64,000 nucleotides of DNA from a bacterium (lineage in GTDB: Bacteria; Patescibacteriota; Minisyncoccia; Phycocordibacterales; UBA2100), in NCBI GenBank assembly GCA_038128225.1, contig JAYPJF010000001.1:2155-66154 (forward strand), read 5' to 3'. This document shows, one piece after another, positions 26,550 through 37,516 of the stretch. A model generated the notes under the pieces. The model saw only the letters and a program-made list of their open reading frames with translations, was not told the origin of the DNA and did no database searches. The stretch's first letter is position 1; each line of letters starts with the position of its first letter. Made by a program: the position numbers and the translations under genes.

Positions 26550-28217
26550 TTAGTAGTCCATGTCGTCCATCCCACCCATGCCTCCGTGCCCATGATTCCC
26601 AGGGGTTTTCTTTTCATCTTCCGGCACCTCGGCAACCGCAACTTCGGTTGTGAGCAGCACCGCCGCGGCTGATGCCGCATTTTCAACACCGCTTCGTGTA
26701 ACTTTCACAGGATCGATGATCCCTTGCTCGTACATATCAACATACGTTGGTTCCACACTGTCGCCTGCGGCGTCGATACCGATTGCCGCACCTTTTTGTG
26801 CAACTTCACGCACTATTGCACCAGGGTCTTCGTACCCTGCGTTTTTCGCAATATGGCGCAACGGCGCATACAATGCACTCACGAGAATTTTGTACCCGAT
26901 GCTATTTTCATCATGCGCATCCGCATCAACTTTCTTGGCAAGTTTTTCTGCAACTTTGACAAGCGCGGCCCCTCCTCCTGGCACAATACCTTCGGCGATT
27001 GCGGCCTTTGTTGCGTTCACCGCGTCCTCAATCTTATCTTTAAGGTATTTCATTTCGGTTTCAGTCGCTGCACCCACACGAATTACTGCGACACCACCTG
27101 AAAGCTTCGCCAAACGCTCTTCAAGTTTCTCTTTGTCGAATTTTGAGTCAGTAGTTTCGATTTGCTTCTTGATTTGAGCAATGCGCGATTCAATGTCCGC
27201 TTTCTTGCCCTTGCCACCGACAACTACCGTTGAATCTTTCGTAGCTACGACGCGATTTGCTTTGCCAAGCATCGAGAGTTCGGCGCTTTCAAGTTTAAGA
27301 CCTACATCTTCTGAAATGAGCTGCGCGCCAATGGTGACAGCAATATCCTGCAGCATTTCTTTCTTACGGTCACCATACCCAGGTGCCTTCACTGCGAGAA
27401 CCGAGAACACTCCGCGAAGTTTGTTCAAGACAAAGGTCGTAAGCGCTTCTCCATCAACATCATCTGCGATGATCACCAATTCTTTCTTGCCACTTTGCAA
27501 AAGTTTTTCAAGAAGTGGGAGCACGTCTTGAATTGCAGAAATTTTTTTGTCGGTGATCAGGATTGGTGCGTCTTTCACCACCGCTTCCATGCGCTCAGGA
27601 TTAGTGATCATGTATGCGGACACATATCCTTTATCAAATTCGAGCCCTTCTACAAGATCAATCTCTGTACCGAGCGACTGTGACTCTTCAACAGTTACGA
27701 CGCCATCCTTTCCCACTTTTCCAATTGTTTCAGCAATTGTTTTCCCAAGCTCTTTACTTTCTGCCGAAATGCTCGCTACCTGCTCGATCTCCTGCTTACC
27801 CTTCACTTCTTTGGCCATTTTTTTCAATTCCGTCACCGCATCTTCTGCTGCTTTTTCAATACCTCGACGAATCATTACTGCATTTGCTCCCATCGCGGTG
27901 CGCTTCAACCCTTCAGCAATGATTGCTTGCGTCAACACAACCGCTGTCGTGGTGCCGTCCCCCGCTTTGTCATTGGTTTTTGAGGCAACTTCTTTTACCA
28001 CTTCTGCGCCCATGTTTTCGAATTTGTTCTTGAGCGTGATTTCTTTTGCAATTGAGACACCATCGTTTGTTATACGAGGTCCGCCGAATGATTTATCGAG
28101 CGCAACGTTTCTCCCGCGTGGTCCGAGGGTGACACGCACTGCGTTTGCTACCGTATCCACACCACGCTTGAGCGCTTCACGTACTTCTTGTCCAAAAAGA
28201 ACCTGTTTTGCTGCCAT
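26550..28217 (-). CDS. groEL: Chaperonin GroEL
   Basis: TLGPRGRNV, GDGTTT, FDKGY, APGYGDRKK, GGM tail. Confidence 0.98.
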   Translation of the reverse strand: MAAKQVLFGQEVREALKRGVDTVANAVRVTLGPRGRNVALDKSFGGPRITNDGVSIAKEITLKNKFENMGAEVVKEVASKTNDKAGDGTTTAVVLTQAIIAEGLKRTAMGANAVMIRRGIEKAAEDAVTELKKMAKEVKGKQEIEQVASISAESKELGKTIAETIGKVGKDGVVTVEESQSLGTEIDLVEGLEFDKGYVSAYMITNPERMEAVVKDAPILITDKKISAIQDVLPLLEKLLQSGKKELVIIADDVDGEALTTFVLNKLRGVFSVLAVKAPGYGDRKKEMLQDIAVTIGAQLISEDVGLKLESAELSMLGKANRVVATKDSTVVVGGKGKKADIESRIAQIKKQIETTDSKFDKEKLEERLAKLSGGVAVIRVGAATETEMKYLKDKIEDAVNATKAAIAEGIVPGGGAALVKVAEKLAKKVDADAHDENSIGYKILVSALYAPLRHIAKNAGYEDPGAIVREVAQKGAAIGIDAAGDSVEPTYVDMYEQGIIDPVKVTRSGVENAASAAAVLLTTEVAVAEVPEDEKKTPGNHGHGGMGGMDDMDY

Positions 28218-28223
28218 AGGTAC

Positions 28224-28541
28224 TTATTTGATGATTGCTAAAATATTTGACTCATTGACGATGTAGTACTCTTCGTCTTCAATCTTTACCTCGTCATACC
28301 CATACTTTGAAAACATGATCGTATCCCCAACTTTAACGCGCATCGAGAGCACTTCCCCTTTTTCATTACGTCGCCCTTCTCCTACAGCGACCACTTTCCC
28401 ACGTTCGGGTTTTTCTTTCTTTGCAGTGTCAGGAATAATGATGCCTCCAGGAGACTTTTCATCTCTCGCACCTTCGGGCTTTACTAACACACGATCCCCC
28501 ATTGGCTGAATTGAAATCTTTGCCGCTTTTTTTGCTGCCAT
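28224..28541 (-). CDS. groES: Co-chaperonin GroES
   Basis: PMGDRVLV, GGIIIPDTAKKEKP, VKVGD. Confidence 0.98.
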   Translation of the reverse strand: MAAKKAAKISIQPMGDRVLVKPEGARDEKSPGGIIIPDTAKKEKPERGKVVAVGEGRRNEKGEVLSMRVKVGDTIMFSKYGYDEVKIEDEEYYIVNESNILAIIK

Positions 28542-28697
28542 GGTTTTTAAAATAGTTTATTAACGTACGCACGCTAGCGGAACGATTATATACGTGTTCT
28601 TGTGCACAGCAAAGTTGACTACCACCAATAGTAAGGGTGTAATAATAAGCCCCGCTGCGAAATTGACGTGCCTCATTTTCCTGATATGATTATCCCG

Positions 28698-28928
28698 ATG
28701 ACGACAGTGTTGGCCGTACTTCCCTATATCCAAATAGCGCTCTCCGCGCTTCTTATGATTGCGATCCTGATGCAACGCACTGGCGCTACCCTGGGCGGCG
28801 CATTCGGCGCAGACAATTTTAGTTCTGGCTTTCACACACGTCGTGGGTTGGAGCGTACCCTGTTCCAAGCTACGATAGTTTTGAGCGTTTTGTTCGCTTT
28901 GACTGCGCTCATCAATATTCTCTACTAG
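28698..28928 (+). CDS. secG: Preprotein translocase subunit SecG
   Basis: ILMQ..GATLGGAFG..TRRGLE..L, two TMs. Confidence 0.9.
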   Translation: MTTVLAVLPYIQIALSALLMIAILMQRTGATLGGAFGADNFSSGFHTRRGLERTLFQATIVLSVLFALTALINILY

Positions 28929-28965
28929 TAACTTAAAGAGGGCTAAACCCTCGCGTAGCATTATT

Positions 28966-30711
28966 ATGCCTGAATGGGACCACCCTAAATCTTGGCTCAC
29001 CTCTGACATACGAATTCCACCACTCTCGTACCTTGAGTCACTCTTGGTAAAGTTTTCTCCTGCAGAACGCGCAGGGCTCTATACACTCACCCTTGGTGCA
29101 GTTACCGGTGTATTCTTGATGTTGATTTCACTCAACTTCAGTACAACCGTTCTTGTGCCCGCGCACGGCGGATCCCTCACCGAAGGTGTTATTGGCACCC
29201 CACGTTTCATTAATCCGCTCCTTGCAATCTCGGATGCAGATCGTGATCTTACTGAACTCATTTACTCAGGGCTCATGCGAGCACATCCAAATGGCGAACT
29301 CATTCCCGATCTCGCGGCTTCATATGAAATATCCGAGGACGGGACTGTGTATACCTTTGTTCTCAAAGACGGCGTCGTATTCCATGATGGCACTCCCGTA
29401 ACAGCCGCGGACATTGTTTTTACCGTTTCGACAGCACAAAACCCTGAGATCAAAAGCGTGCGTCGCGCCGATTGGGAAGGAGTTGTTGTAGAGGCAGTGG
29501 ATGAAAAAACTGTGCGCTTCACATTGCCGCGGCCATACGCACCGTTTCTCGAAAATACAACTATGGGAGTGCTCCCAAGCTATCTTTGGGAAGAGGTTTC
29601 ACCCGAAGAATTTCCTTTTTATTTCCTCAATACCAAGCCAATCGGATCAGGCCCGTTTAGTATCCTTCGCATAGAATCAAATGCTACGGGCGTGCCTGTA
29701 AAATTCGAACTTCGCGCATTCCCGGCATTTTCGCTCGGCGAACCATACCTCGACACTATCACCATCGAAGCATTCCCCAACGAAGACGCGGTGCGCAGCG
29801 CACTTCGTGAAGGTTCTATTGAATCGGCAGCCGGCCTTATAAACGTAGACGCGTCGGCATCCGCGAACCCTTCCAACGCGCTGCGCACTACACTCCCCCG
29901 CGTGTTTGCAGTTTTCCTTAACTTTAATAAAGCTCCGGCGTTCACCGATATACAAGTTCGAAAAGCACTCGAGATGGTCGTAGACCGAGACATGATTGTG
30001 CAACAAGCGCTCTCTGGGTACGGCACCCCTGTATTTTCGCCTGTTCCCGTAGGTCTCATCGACAATGCTGGTGACACAGCCACCACTACGCTGGAAGAAC
30101 GTGTCCAGACCGCAGGAGCACTCCTCGATAAAGCGGGCTGGCAGCGCGACCAAGAGACAGGAATGCGCGTCAAAAAAGACGTCCCGCTTACATTCTCAAT
30201 CTCAACATCTGACACCCCCGAACTCGTTGCGACTGGAGAGTTGCTTGCAACAACATGGCGCAACCTTGGTATCGACGTCACTCTCAAAGTGTTCGCTATT
30301 AGTGATTTAAACAACTCTGTCATACGACCACGTGATTATGAAGCGCTTTTGTTTGGTGAGATTATTGGGCGCCCTGCCGACGTTTTTGCTTTTTGGCACT
30401 CGTCACAGCGAAATGATCCCGGACTGAACCTCGCGCTCTATGCAAACCCCGCAACAGACAAGCTGCTCGCGGAAACACGCTCTGAAATTGACCGAGACGC
30501 ACGTATCGAAAATATTCGCGAGTTTGTGCGGCACGTTGTAAAAGACGTCCCGGCGATCTTCTTGTATTCTCCAGATTTTATGTATATCATTCCTAACGAC
30601 CTTCGAGGCGTGAACCTCGGACTCCTATCAACGGGGGCGGAACGTTTCTCTCTTGTGCACCAATGGTACCGGGAAGAAGAGCGTGTCTGGCAAGTTTTTC
30701 TCAATGAGTAA
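28966..30711 (+). CDS. Peptide ABC transporter substrate-binding protein (family 5)
   Basis: INPLLA, PDLA, FHDGTPVTAADIVFT, PIGSGPF, FWHSSQ. Confidence 0.92.
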   Translation: MPEWDHPKSWLTSDIRIPPLSYLESLLVKFSPAERAGLYTLTLGAVTGVFLMLISLNFSTTVLVPAHGGSLTEGVIGTPRFINPLLAISDADRDLTELIYSGLMRAHPNGELIPDLAASYEISEDGTVYTFVLKDGVVFHDGTPVTAADIVFTVSTAQNPEIKSVRRADWEGVVVEAVDEKTVRFTLPRPYAPFLENTTMGVLPSYLWEEVSPEEFPFYFLNTKPIGSGPFSILRIESNATGVPVKFELRAFPAFSLGEPYLDTITIEAFPNEDAVRSALREGSIESAAGLINVDASASANPSNALRTTLPRVFAVFLNFNKAPAFTDIQVRKALEMVVDRDMIVQQALSGYGTPVFSPVPVGLIDNAGDTATTTLEERVQTAGALLDKAGWQRDQETGMRVKKDVPLTFSISTSDTPELVATGELLATTWRNLGIDVTLKVFAISDLNNSVIRPRDYEALLFGEIIGRPADVFAFWHSSQRNDPGLNLALYANPATDKLLAETRSEIDRDARIENIREFVRHVVKDVPAIFLYSPDFMYIIPNDLRGVNLGLLSTGAERFSLVHQWYREEERVWQVFLNE

Positions 30712-30752
30712 GTAAATAATTAGTAGTATTAACAATAGTTTAAAAACATAGT

Positions 30753-32600
30753 ATGGATCAACGAAAGCGCCCAATGAAGGTGCGCCGCCCGCACGAGGCG
30801 CGTGAGCGCGGCAATCGTGTTCGCCGTTTCAATCGGCCTATGCGCCGCCCCATGCGCCGCAACGTACCGTTGCGCGAAATCACAAACTCGCGAGGTACAG
30901 TCTCAACCCCCATCCCTGCGCTTGCCCCCGATGCGATTCGCATCATTCCACTCGGTGGCGTTGAAGAAGTGGGCCGCAACATGACCGCACTTGAAGTTGG
31001 AGAATCAATTTTTGTCATTGATTGTGGTTTCCAATTCCGAGAGGACGATACGCCAGGCATCGACTACATTCTCCCAAACACGCAATATTTGGAAGAAAAT
31101 CGCGCGCGCATTAAAGCGATGTTTGTTACCCACGGACACCTCGACCACATTGGAGGTATCCCCTACATCCTCGATCGCATTGGCAATCCTCCGATTTACA
31201 CACGCAAACTCACAGGGCTGATGATCAAAAAGCGTCACGCAGAATTTGCCCACTTGCCCGAGCCGATCATTCGAGAAGTCGAGAAAGACGAGCACGTATC
31301 GGTAGCGGGGCTTTCCGTGTCGTTTTTCGCAGTCACCCACACGATCCCTGATTCAATGGGTATTATTTTTGAAACGGCATTTGGCGATGTCGTAGTGACA
31401 GGAGATATAAAACTCGACCAAGAAAACGGGAGGCCGACTGAAGCAGAGGAACGAGAGTTCGCCACGTTCCAAAACCGGAAAGTGCTTGCGCTTTTGATGG
31501 ACTCAACGAATGTGGAGCGTCCAGGGTGGTCAATCCCCGAGCGTACTGTTTTCAAGACGCTTGAGGAGATTATCATCAACACCCATGGGCGCATTATCAT
31601 AGGAACGTTCGCGTCACAACTAGAACGCTTAATGAGGATCGTGCAGATTGCTGAAGCGACTGACCGCCGCATTGTGATTGATGGTCGTTCCATGCGAACA
31701 AATATCGAAATTGTACGCGAGCTTGGCATTCTCAAACACAAAGACGAGACAATTGTGTCAGTCGAATCAATGCCCGAATACCCTCCCGAGAAGCTCATTA
31801 TTCTTGCAACCGGAGCGCAGGGTGACGAATTCGCATCACTCATGCGCATTGCAAACAAAAATCATAAATACATAAGCCTCACCCCCCGAGATACCGTGGT
31901 CCTTTCTTCTTCGGTTATCCCCGGAAACGAGCGCGCAGTGCAACGCCTCAAAGATAACTTGTCCCGCCAAGGCGCGCACATCATTACTTACCAGTCGAGT
32001 GATGTGCACGCGTCCGGACATGGAAACCGCGAAGAAGCAAAATGGGTGCACACAAAAGTTCGTCCGAAGTTCTTCATTCCACAGCATGGATATCACTACA
32101 TGCTCCGCGTACATGCTGACCTCATAAAAGAATCGATTGGTCTTCCTGAGGAGCAAATCGCAATACCAGACAACAGTTCTATTATTGAAATCCAAGAAAG
32201 CGGCACAAAATTGGTGCGTCGCGCGGAGAAAGTACCATCGAGTTTGCGTGTAGTCGAAGGACAATCAATCGGTGAACTCTCAGATGTACTCATGCGCGAC
32301 CGCAAGGCGCTTTCTCAAGACGGGTTTTGCGTTGTTGTCGCGACCGTTGATCGCCGTACTGGTAAACTTCACAAATCGCCCGATATTATCTCGCGTGGCT
32401 TCGTCTACCTGCGAGACAATAAAGATCTGATGGATCAAACTCGGCTAATCATCCGAAAAAGTGTTGAATCATCTTTGAAAGGTACACGCATCTCCGATCT
32501 CGACGCTGCAAAAGAAGAGCTCGCAGAAAACGTCTCTCGCTTCTTGATGCTTCAGACACAAAAACACCCGATTGTTATCCCGGTCATCGTGAGCGTATAG
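30753..32600 (+). CDS. rnj: Ribonuclease J
   Basis: LGGVEEVGRNM, THGHLDHIGG, HTIPD, DSTN, HASGH; Arg-rich N-terminal extension. Confidence 0.96.
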   Translation: MDQRKRPMKVRRPHEARERGNRVRRFNRPMRRPMRRNVPLREITNSRGTVSTPIPALAPDAIRIIPLGGVEEVGRNMTALEVGESIFVIDCGFQFREDDTPGIDYILPNTQYLEENRARIKAMFVTHGHLDHIGGIPYILDRIGNPPIYTRKLTGLMIKKRHAEFAHLPEPIIREVEKDEHVSVAGLSVSFFAVTHTIPDSMGIIFETAFGDVVVTGDIKLDQENGRPTEAEEREFATFQNRKVLALLMDSTNVERPGWSIPERTVFKTLEEIIINTHGRIIIGTFASQLERLMRIVQIAEATDRRIVIDGRSMRTNIEIVRELGILKHKDETIVSVESMPEYPPEKLIILATGAQGDEFASLMRIANKNHKYISLTPRDTVVLSSSVIPGNERAVQRLKDNLSRQGAHIITYQSSDVHASGHGNREEAKWVHTKVRPKFFIPQHGYHYMLRVHADLIKESIGLPEEQIAIPDNSSIIEIQESGTKLVRRAEKVPSSLRVVEGQSIGELSDVLMRDRKALSQDGFCVVVATVDRRTGKLHKSPDIISRGFVYLRDNKDLMDQTRLIIRKSVESSLKGTRISDLDAAKEELAENVSRFLMLQTQKHPIVIPVIVSV

Positions 32601-32604
32601 TGGC

Positions 32605-32630
32605 GGCCGGCAGAAAACTGCCGGCCTTTT
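32605..32630. terminator. Terminator between rnj and a convergent small gene
   Basis: GGCCGGCAG-AAAA-CTGCCGGCC-TTTT. Confidence 0.8.
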
Positions 32631-32643
32631 CTCCATTACCAAA

Positions 32644-32802
32644 CTACCAACGCGGCAGGTCGCTGCTGTCCTTCTCTCCCGCAAATCGCCGAGTTTTCTC
32701 CCCCGGTCGGGCGGGATGTCCCAAGAGAACGATCCACCCTATCATGAGTCCGAGTACAATCCCCAAACCCGCACCAATGGCGCCAAATACAAGTGTTTCC
32801 AT
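32644..32802 (-). CDS. 52-aa single-TM hypothetical protein
   Basis: GGAGG SD, TATAAT upstream, Gly-zipper TM (GAIGAGLGIVLGLMIG). Confidence 0.55.
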   Translation of the reverse strand: METLVFGAIGAGLGIVLGLMIGWIVLLGHPARPGEKTRRFAGEKDSSDLPRW

Positions 32803-32878
32803 GCTTTCCTCCATTTCGAAGTAAATCAACCAAGGATTATACCGACCATGCACTATACAGACAAGCTATACTGTACGC

Positions 32879-34042
32879 ATGGTTAGCCGCGTATATGCGC
32901 CGCCCTTTCTGGTATTGTACATGCTCGGTTTTTTGTTTGCACTTCAGATCGCTCTCTCGGGGTATTACAACATCCCTTTCTTGACGGAACGTGGTTTTTC
33001 TCAAGACGCGTCGGGCCTCGTGTACATCGTAGGCGCCTGTGGTGCCATCGTATGGTTCTTGTTCCTCCACCCCATACTACGCACACTTGGCCCGTTGCGA
33101 CTTGCGATCCTCACGGGGTTCCTTATGAGCGTGAGCGCGTGGGGGCTAGCAGGTACGCTTGACCCGCACACCATTACTATTCTCTTGGGCATATTTCTTG
33201 CTGCGCAAATGGTGATGTACTCGCTTATTGATACGCTCATCGAGACGCGCATCGCGCGCGCCGAATCACTCACAGGGCGTGTGCGAGGCCTCTATCTCAC
33301 TGCGGCAAATGCCGGTTTTATTGTAGCGCCAGCGCTTGCTGGTTTTATTGTTGGCTCATTTTCATACGAACTCCTGTACGTCACGATCGCGCTTCTCGGA
33401 ATTGTCTTTTGTTGGACAACGGCACGCTCTTTCTCGTATGCACCCGTACAGTATGCAAAAACTCAGGGTCGCATTGCACATCTCATGCGCACTCCCCGTA
33501 TTCGCAGCATGGTGAGCATCCAATTCTTGATCCGCCTGATGTATGCGGTAACGCTTATGTATCTTACGATATTTCTCACTACCGAAATTGGTCTCTCCGT
33601 CACCCATGCCGGCTTACTTCTCTCGCTTTCGATTATCCCTTTCGCTATCGTGCAGTTTCCGCTCGGGTTCTTGGGCGATGTGCGTTTAGGTGAAAAAGAA
33701 CTCCTTACAACCGGGATAACATTGATGGCGGGAGCAACAGTTGCACTAGGACTCTTTGCTCACGCGGACTTTTGGACGCTTCTTGTAATACTGGGGATTC
33801 TCAACACCGGCGCCGCAATTTCGGAAATTATGGTGGAAAGCTACTTTTTCAAACACATTGGAAGCAAGAATGATCTTGAAATAAGTGCGTTTCGTATACT
33901 GACCCCGCTTGCCTACATCGTCGCCCCGTTGCTTGGGGCGCTGGTACTAAGCTTTTCCTCACTCAGTGTTTTATTTGTCCTGCTTGGATCCATTCTTTTT
34001 TTGGGAATCCCTTGTGCGCTCACGCTTCGTGACACGCGGTGA
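32879..34042 (+). CDS. MFS transporter
   Basis: About 12 TMs, GRVRGLY, LGFLGDVRLGEKE, ESYFFK. Confidence 0.88.
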   Translation: MVSRVYAPPFLVLYMLGFLFALQIALSGYYNIPFLTERGFSQDASGLVYIVGACGAIVWFLFLHPILRTLGPLRLAILTGFLMSVSAWGLAGTLDPHTITILLGIFLAAQMVMYSLIDTLIETRIARAESLTGRVRGLYLTAANAGFIVAPALAGFIVGSFSYELLYVTIALLGIVFCWTTARSFSYAPVQYAKTQGRIAHLMRTPRIRSMVSIQFLIRLMYAVTLMYLTIFLTTEIGLSVTHAGLLLSLSIIPFAIVQFPLGFLGDVRLGEKELLTTGITLMAGATVALGLFAHADFWTLLVILGILNTGAAISEIMVESYFFKHIGSKNDLEISAFRILTPLAYIVAPLLGALVLSFSSLSVLFVLLGSILFLGIPCALTLRDTR

Positions 34043-34852
34043 GCGAGCAATGCGAATGTATCTGCCACGTTGCTCAACAAGTCCATCCCGTATAAGGGTG
34101 CGCACGGCTTCTCCTGCGCGAGGCTTCATTCTTTGCTCCATTGCCTCCATGAGCGTTTTTTCAGTTGCCGAATGCTTAGTGAGAACGCGTACTATTGCGC
34201 CACGCACTTCGCGCAGCGAGCCGCGAAAGGATTTCTGCTTTACATACACCATGCTCGCGCGATTTGCGTTTCCGTACTGCTTTTTTGTATAGGCACCGTA
34301 ATCCATGAGTGCCCAGTACCATACGCGCGGGCTTTTTTCACTGTATCGACGCATGATGTTTTTGACTTGTTCCTCTGAAACACGATGTCGCCCAGCAAAA
34401 AATAAACGGATAATCGCTGAACGAACATTTGTTTCGAGCACGATCGCGGGCATATCAAATGCAAACGCTTGAATTGCTGCAGCGGTATACTCCCCTACAC
34501 CAGGGAGAGACTCAAGATCCTCGCGCAAGCAAGGCACGCGCCCATCAAAACGATCAACGATTATTTTTGCCGCTTTGTGCAAAAATAAGGCACGGCGATT
34601 ATAGCCAAGTCCCTGCCACAGGCGCACAACCGTAGAAAGCGGCGCCCGCGCAAGCATATGTACCGTCGGGAATGTTTTCAAAAATGTACGGTAGTATGGA
34701 AGCACTCTGTCAACTTGCGTTTGTTGAAGCATGATTTCAGAAACAAGTATTCGATATGGATCAGTGGTTTTCCGCCATGGCAAGGTATGTCTGCCATGTT
34801 TCTTGTAGTGCGCATACACGTCGCGCCTTAATTTTTTGAATTTCTGATACAT
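33971..34852 (-). CDS. mutY: A/G-specific adenine glycosylase MutY-like, no Fe-S motif
   Basis: LPWR, LVSEIMLQQTQV, WQGLGYNRRA, HhH LPGVGEYTA, ALMDYG. Confidence 0.88.
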   Translation of the reverse strand: MYQKFKKLRRDVYAHYKKHGRHTLPWRKTTDPYRILVSEIMLQQTQVDRVLPYYRTFLKTFPTVHMLARAPLSTVVRLWQGLGYNRRALFLHKAAKIIVDRFDGRVPCLREDLESLPGVGEYTAAAIQAFAFDMPAIVLETNVRSAIIRLFFAGRHRVSEEQVKNIMRRYSEKSPRVWYWALMDYGAYTKKQYGNANRASMVYVKQKSFRGSLREVRGAIVRVLTKHSATEKTLMEAMEQRMKPRAGEAVRTLIRDGLVEQRGRYIRIARSPRVTKRERTRDSQKKNGSKQDK

Positions 34853-34853
34853 G

Positions 34854-34883
34854 GAGGGCGCCGTGGAGATCCACGGCGCCCTC
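34854..34883. terminator. GC-rich hairpin after glmS
   Basis: GAGGGCGCCGTGG-AGAT-CCACGGCGCCCTC; no clear U-tract. Confidence 0.5.
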
Positions 34884-34886
34884 ATC

Positions 34887-36728
34887 TTACTCAGTAGTTA
34901 CTGCTTTTGCGAGGTTTCGTGGCTGATCCACATCACACCCGCGCGCAACTCCCGCGTAGTATGCGAGGAGATCGAGTGCAGTGGTAACCACAAAGACATC
35001 CATAAGAGGATGCGGGACCCGCGGCACAAAGATCGTATGATCGGCTTGCTGTTCAACCTCCGTGTCACCTTCGGTTGCAATCGCAAAAACCGGACCTTTC
35101 CGCGCACGAATCTCCGCAAGACTTGTGAGCGTCTTTTCACGTGCGGGGCCTTGTGGCACAACGATCACACTTGGAAACGACTCGTTGACGAGCGCGAGCG
35201 GGCCGTGTTTCATTTCACCAGCTGCATACCCTTCTGCATGTATGTAGGACACCTCTTTAATTTTGAGAGCGCCCTCACACGCAGCCGGATAGTGGAGTCC
35301 ACGCCCAAGATAGAGTGCGTTCTCGTACTTTGAAAGCACCGCCGCTTTCTCCTGCACATACGCGCGCCATTCTTTACTCAACATTCGTTCTAAAATATCA
35401 GGTGTTGCCGCAAGATCCGTAAGGATCTGCACCGCCGTCTGATGAGGAAGCCCGCGCATCCGACCTAACTGAACCGCCATCATAAGAAGGATGGCGACCG
35501 GCGCAAAAAACGCCTTCGTTGATGCAACCGCGCTCTCCTGCCCGGCGCGCATATGCACTCCTGCGTGCGTGATGCGTGTTAGCCGAGAGTTCGCGGTGTT
35601 AACGACACCAAGTGCAAGAGCACCCCGCCGTTTTGCCTCTTCGAGCGCATCGCATGTATCCTTCGTCTCGCCGGACTGCGATACTGCAACAACCGCTGCG
35701 TGCCGCAACACCGAGACTCGATCTGCAAATTCAGATGCGAGCACAACTTCCGTAGGAATCCCCGCGAGCGTCTCAAAGAAATACGCCCCGAACTGCGCTG
35801 CGTAATACGCAGTACCGCATCCGGTAAATACAACTCGTTCGAGCTCATATAGCCAATCCTTAACTCTTTCGAGTCCGCCAAGCCAGACAAGTCCATCTTT
35901 AGACTTATTCCTTCCAGCCATACATACGCGCAACACCTCGGGAATCTGCATGATTTCCTTCAGCATATAATGACGATATTCGCCGCGATCGAGCTCCTGC
36001 TCCGACAGATGAACTTGTTGCTCCTTGCGAACGACATGACCGCCGTTAAGCCTGACAATGGCGTGCGCGTGCGGTTCAAGCACCGCGATATCGCCATCTT
36101 CCATCCAGATCATACTTGCTGTGTGTGCAGCAAGCGCGATTGGATCCGAAGCCACCAAACGCGCCTGCTCGGTAATACCGATGATGAGCGGGCTGCCGGC
36201 ACATGCTGCAATCAAGATTTCCGGACAATCGAGGTGTACCACTGCGATCCCGTACGCACCGCGAACACAACTTAGCGCAGCCTCTACGGCGGTACACAAC
36301 GATTCGTTTCTTTTGTACTCACGCTCGATTAAGTGCGCAAGCACTTCTGAATCAGTTTCCGATGCAAACGCATGACCTTGCTTTTCAAGTTCGTCGCGCA
36401 ATTCGCGCCAGTTCTCGATGACACCATTATGAACGACGGCGATTCGCTTTGTGCAGTCGAGGTGTGGGTGCGCATTCGCTTCAGTGACTTCTCCATGTGT
36501 CGCCCACCGTGTGTGTGCCACACCCGAGCAACTCGGATTCTTGTGTACCCTACGCGCTTCAATATGCGCTGCAAGTTGCGAAACCTTTCCTACAGAGCGC
36601 ACACAAGTCCCGTCGGAAAGAAAAACTCCCGCGGAATCGTACCCTCGATATTCAAGGCGGTACAATCCGTCAACAAGCGACCGGATTACTCCTGCATCCT
36701 TGCTAGTGATGCCGATAATGCCACACAT
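34887..36728 (-). CDS. glmS: Glutamine--fructose-6-phosphate transaminase
   Basis: MCGIIG, LEYRGYDSAG, HTRWATHG, SQSGET, KHGP, PRNLAKAVT. Confidence 0.97.
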   Translation of the reverse strand: MCGIIGITSKDAGVIRSLVDGLYRLEYRGYDSAGVFLSDGTCVRSVGKVSQLAAHIEARRVHKNPSCSGVAHTRWATHGEVTEANAHPHLDCTKRIAVVHNGVIENWRELRDELEKQGHAFASETDSEVLAHLIEREYKRNESLCTAVEAALSCVRGAYGIAVVHLDCPEILIAACAGSPLIIGITEQARLVASDPIALAAHTASMIWMEDGDIAVLEPHAHAIVRLNGGHVVRKEQQVHLSEQELDRGEYRHYMLKEIMQIPEVLRVCMAGRNKSKDGLVWLGGLERVKDWLYELERVVFTGCGTAYYAAQFGAYFFETLAGIPTEVVLASEFADRVSVLRHAAVVAVSQSGETKDTCDALEEAKRRGALALGVVNTANSRLTRITHAGVHMRAGQESAVASTKAFFAPVAILLMMAVQLGRMRGLPHQTAVQILTDLAATPDILERMLSKEWRAYVQEKAAVLSKYENALYLGRGLHYPAACEGALKIKEVSYIHAEGYAAGEMKHGPLALVNESFPSVIVVPQGPAREKTLTSLAEIRARKGPVFAIATEGDTEVEQQADHTIFVPRVPHPLMDVFVVTTALDLLAYYAGVARGCDVDQPRNLAKAVTTE

Positions 36729-36801
36729 GTCTGTACCTCCATCTTTAACCTGCCTCGCAGGTTCTCTGTTCACTCTACCACAGCGGATCGCTTGCGCGCC
36801 C

Positions 36802-37497
36802 TTAGTTTATGTCGTAGACCACGTCTTTGCGCTCAACCACTACTTTCCACTCATTGCGGCGGGCGTGCCGATACAGTTTTTGATTAGGATTGAAACAGAT
36901 GGGGGTTTGTACCATTTCAAGAAACGGAATGTCTGATTCGGTATCACCAACGCCAATCGAGTGCGTAAGTGAAAATGTTTCTTTTTCAATCACCCGCTTT
37001 ATAATATTCGCTTTGTTCGCAATAATATGCTCATCAACCACCTCTCCTGTAAATCGGTCGTGTGGCCCGAGCGCAAACACCGTGCCGTATACCTTATGAA
37101 ACCCTAGGCGAGGGCAGAAAAAATCAAGGATGGTTTTTGGGGAATGCGAAATTGCAAGCAGATAGTAATCGCGCTCTGCCAGATCGGTGAGCATGTCTCG
37201 TGTATACCGATATACTCGCTTCCATTGCGTGTCGACTACCTGCTCTGCAATGTCTGCAAACTCTGCATATGCCACACCTTTAAGATGTTTGCGAAACGTG
37301 CGCACCATCGCATCGACATACGCTTGATAATCGCCCTCCCGCTCCAACCATTTTTTATGTTCGCGCTCATACGCACGCCGCGCTTCTTGCGGAAACAAAC
37401 CGGCATCGATCAGGGCTTCCGTAAGTTGTATAAAAAGACTCGAGCGAAAGATAGTGCCGTCGACATCAAATATCGCAAGCCGCCGTTTTTGTTCCAC
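36802..37497 (-). CDS. HAD-IB family phosphatase
   Basis: FDVDGT, ISHS, GVGDTESD, NP. Confidence 0.9.
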   Translation of the reverse strand: MEQKRRLAIFDVDGTIFRSSLFIQLTEALIDAGLFPQEARRAYEREHKKWLEREGDYQAYVDAMVRTFRKHLKGVAYAEFADIAEQVVDTQWKRVYRYTRDMLTDLAERDYYLLAISHSPKTILDFFCPRLGFHKVYGTVFALGPHDRFTGEVVDEHIIANKANIIKRVIEKETFSLTHSIGVGDTESDIPFLEMVQTPICFNPNQKLYRHARRNEWKVVVERKDVVYDIN

Positions 37498-37516
37498 ACA
37501 GCCATCCTAGCAAGAT

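Noticed and set aside
28542-28697. CIRCE operator upstream of groES
   Set aside because: No TTAGCACTC-N9-GAGTGCTAA; the TCAGCAC half-sites near htpX (24690-24735) are in direct rather than inverted orientation.
36729-36801. glmS ribozyme upstream of glmS
   Set aside because: The gap is only about 70 nt with one small hairpin (AACCTGC-GAG-GCAGGTT); the ribozyme core is not recognisable.
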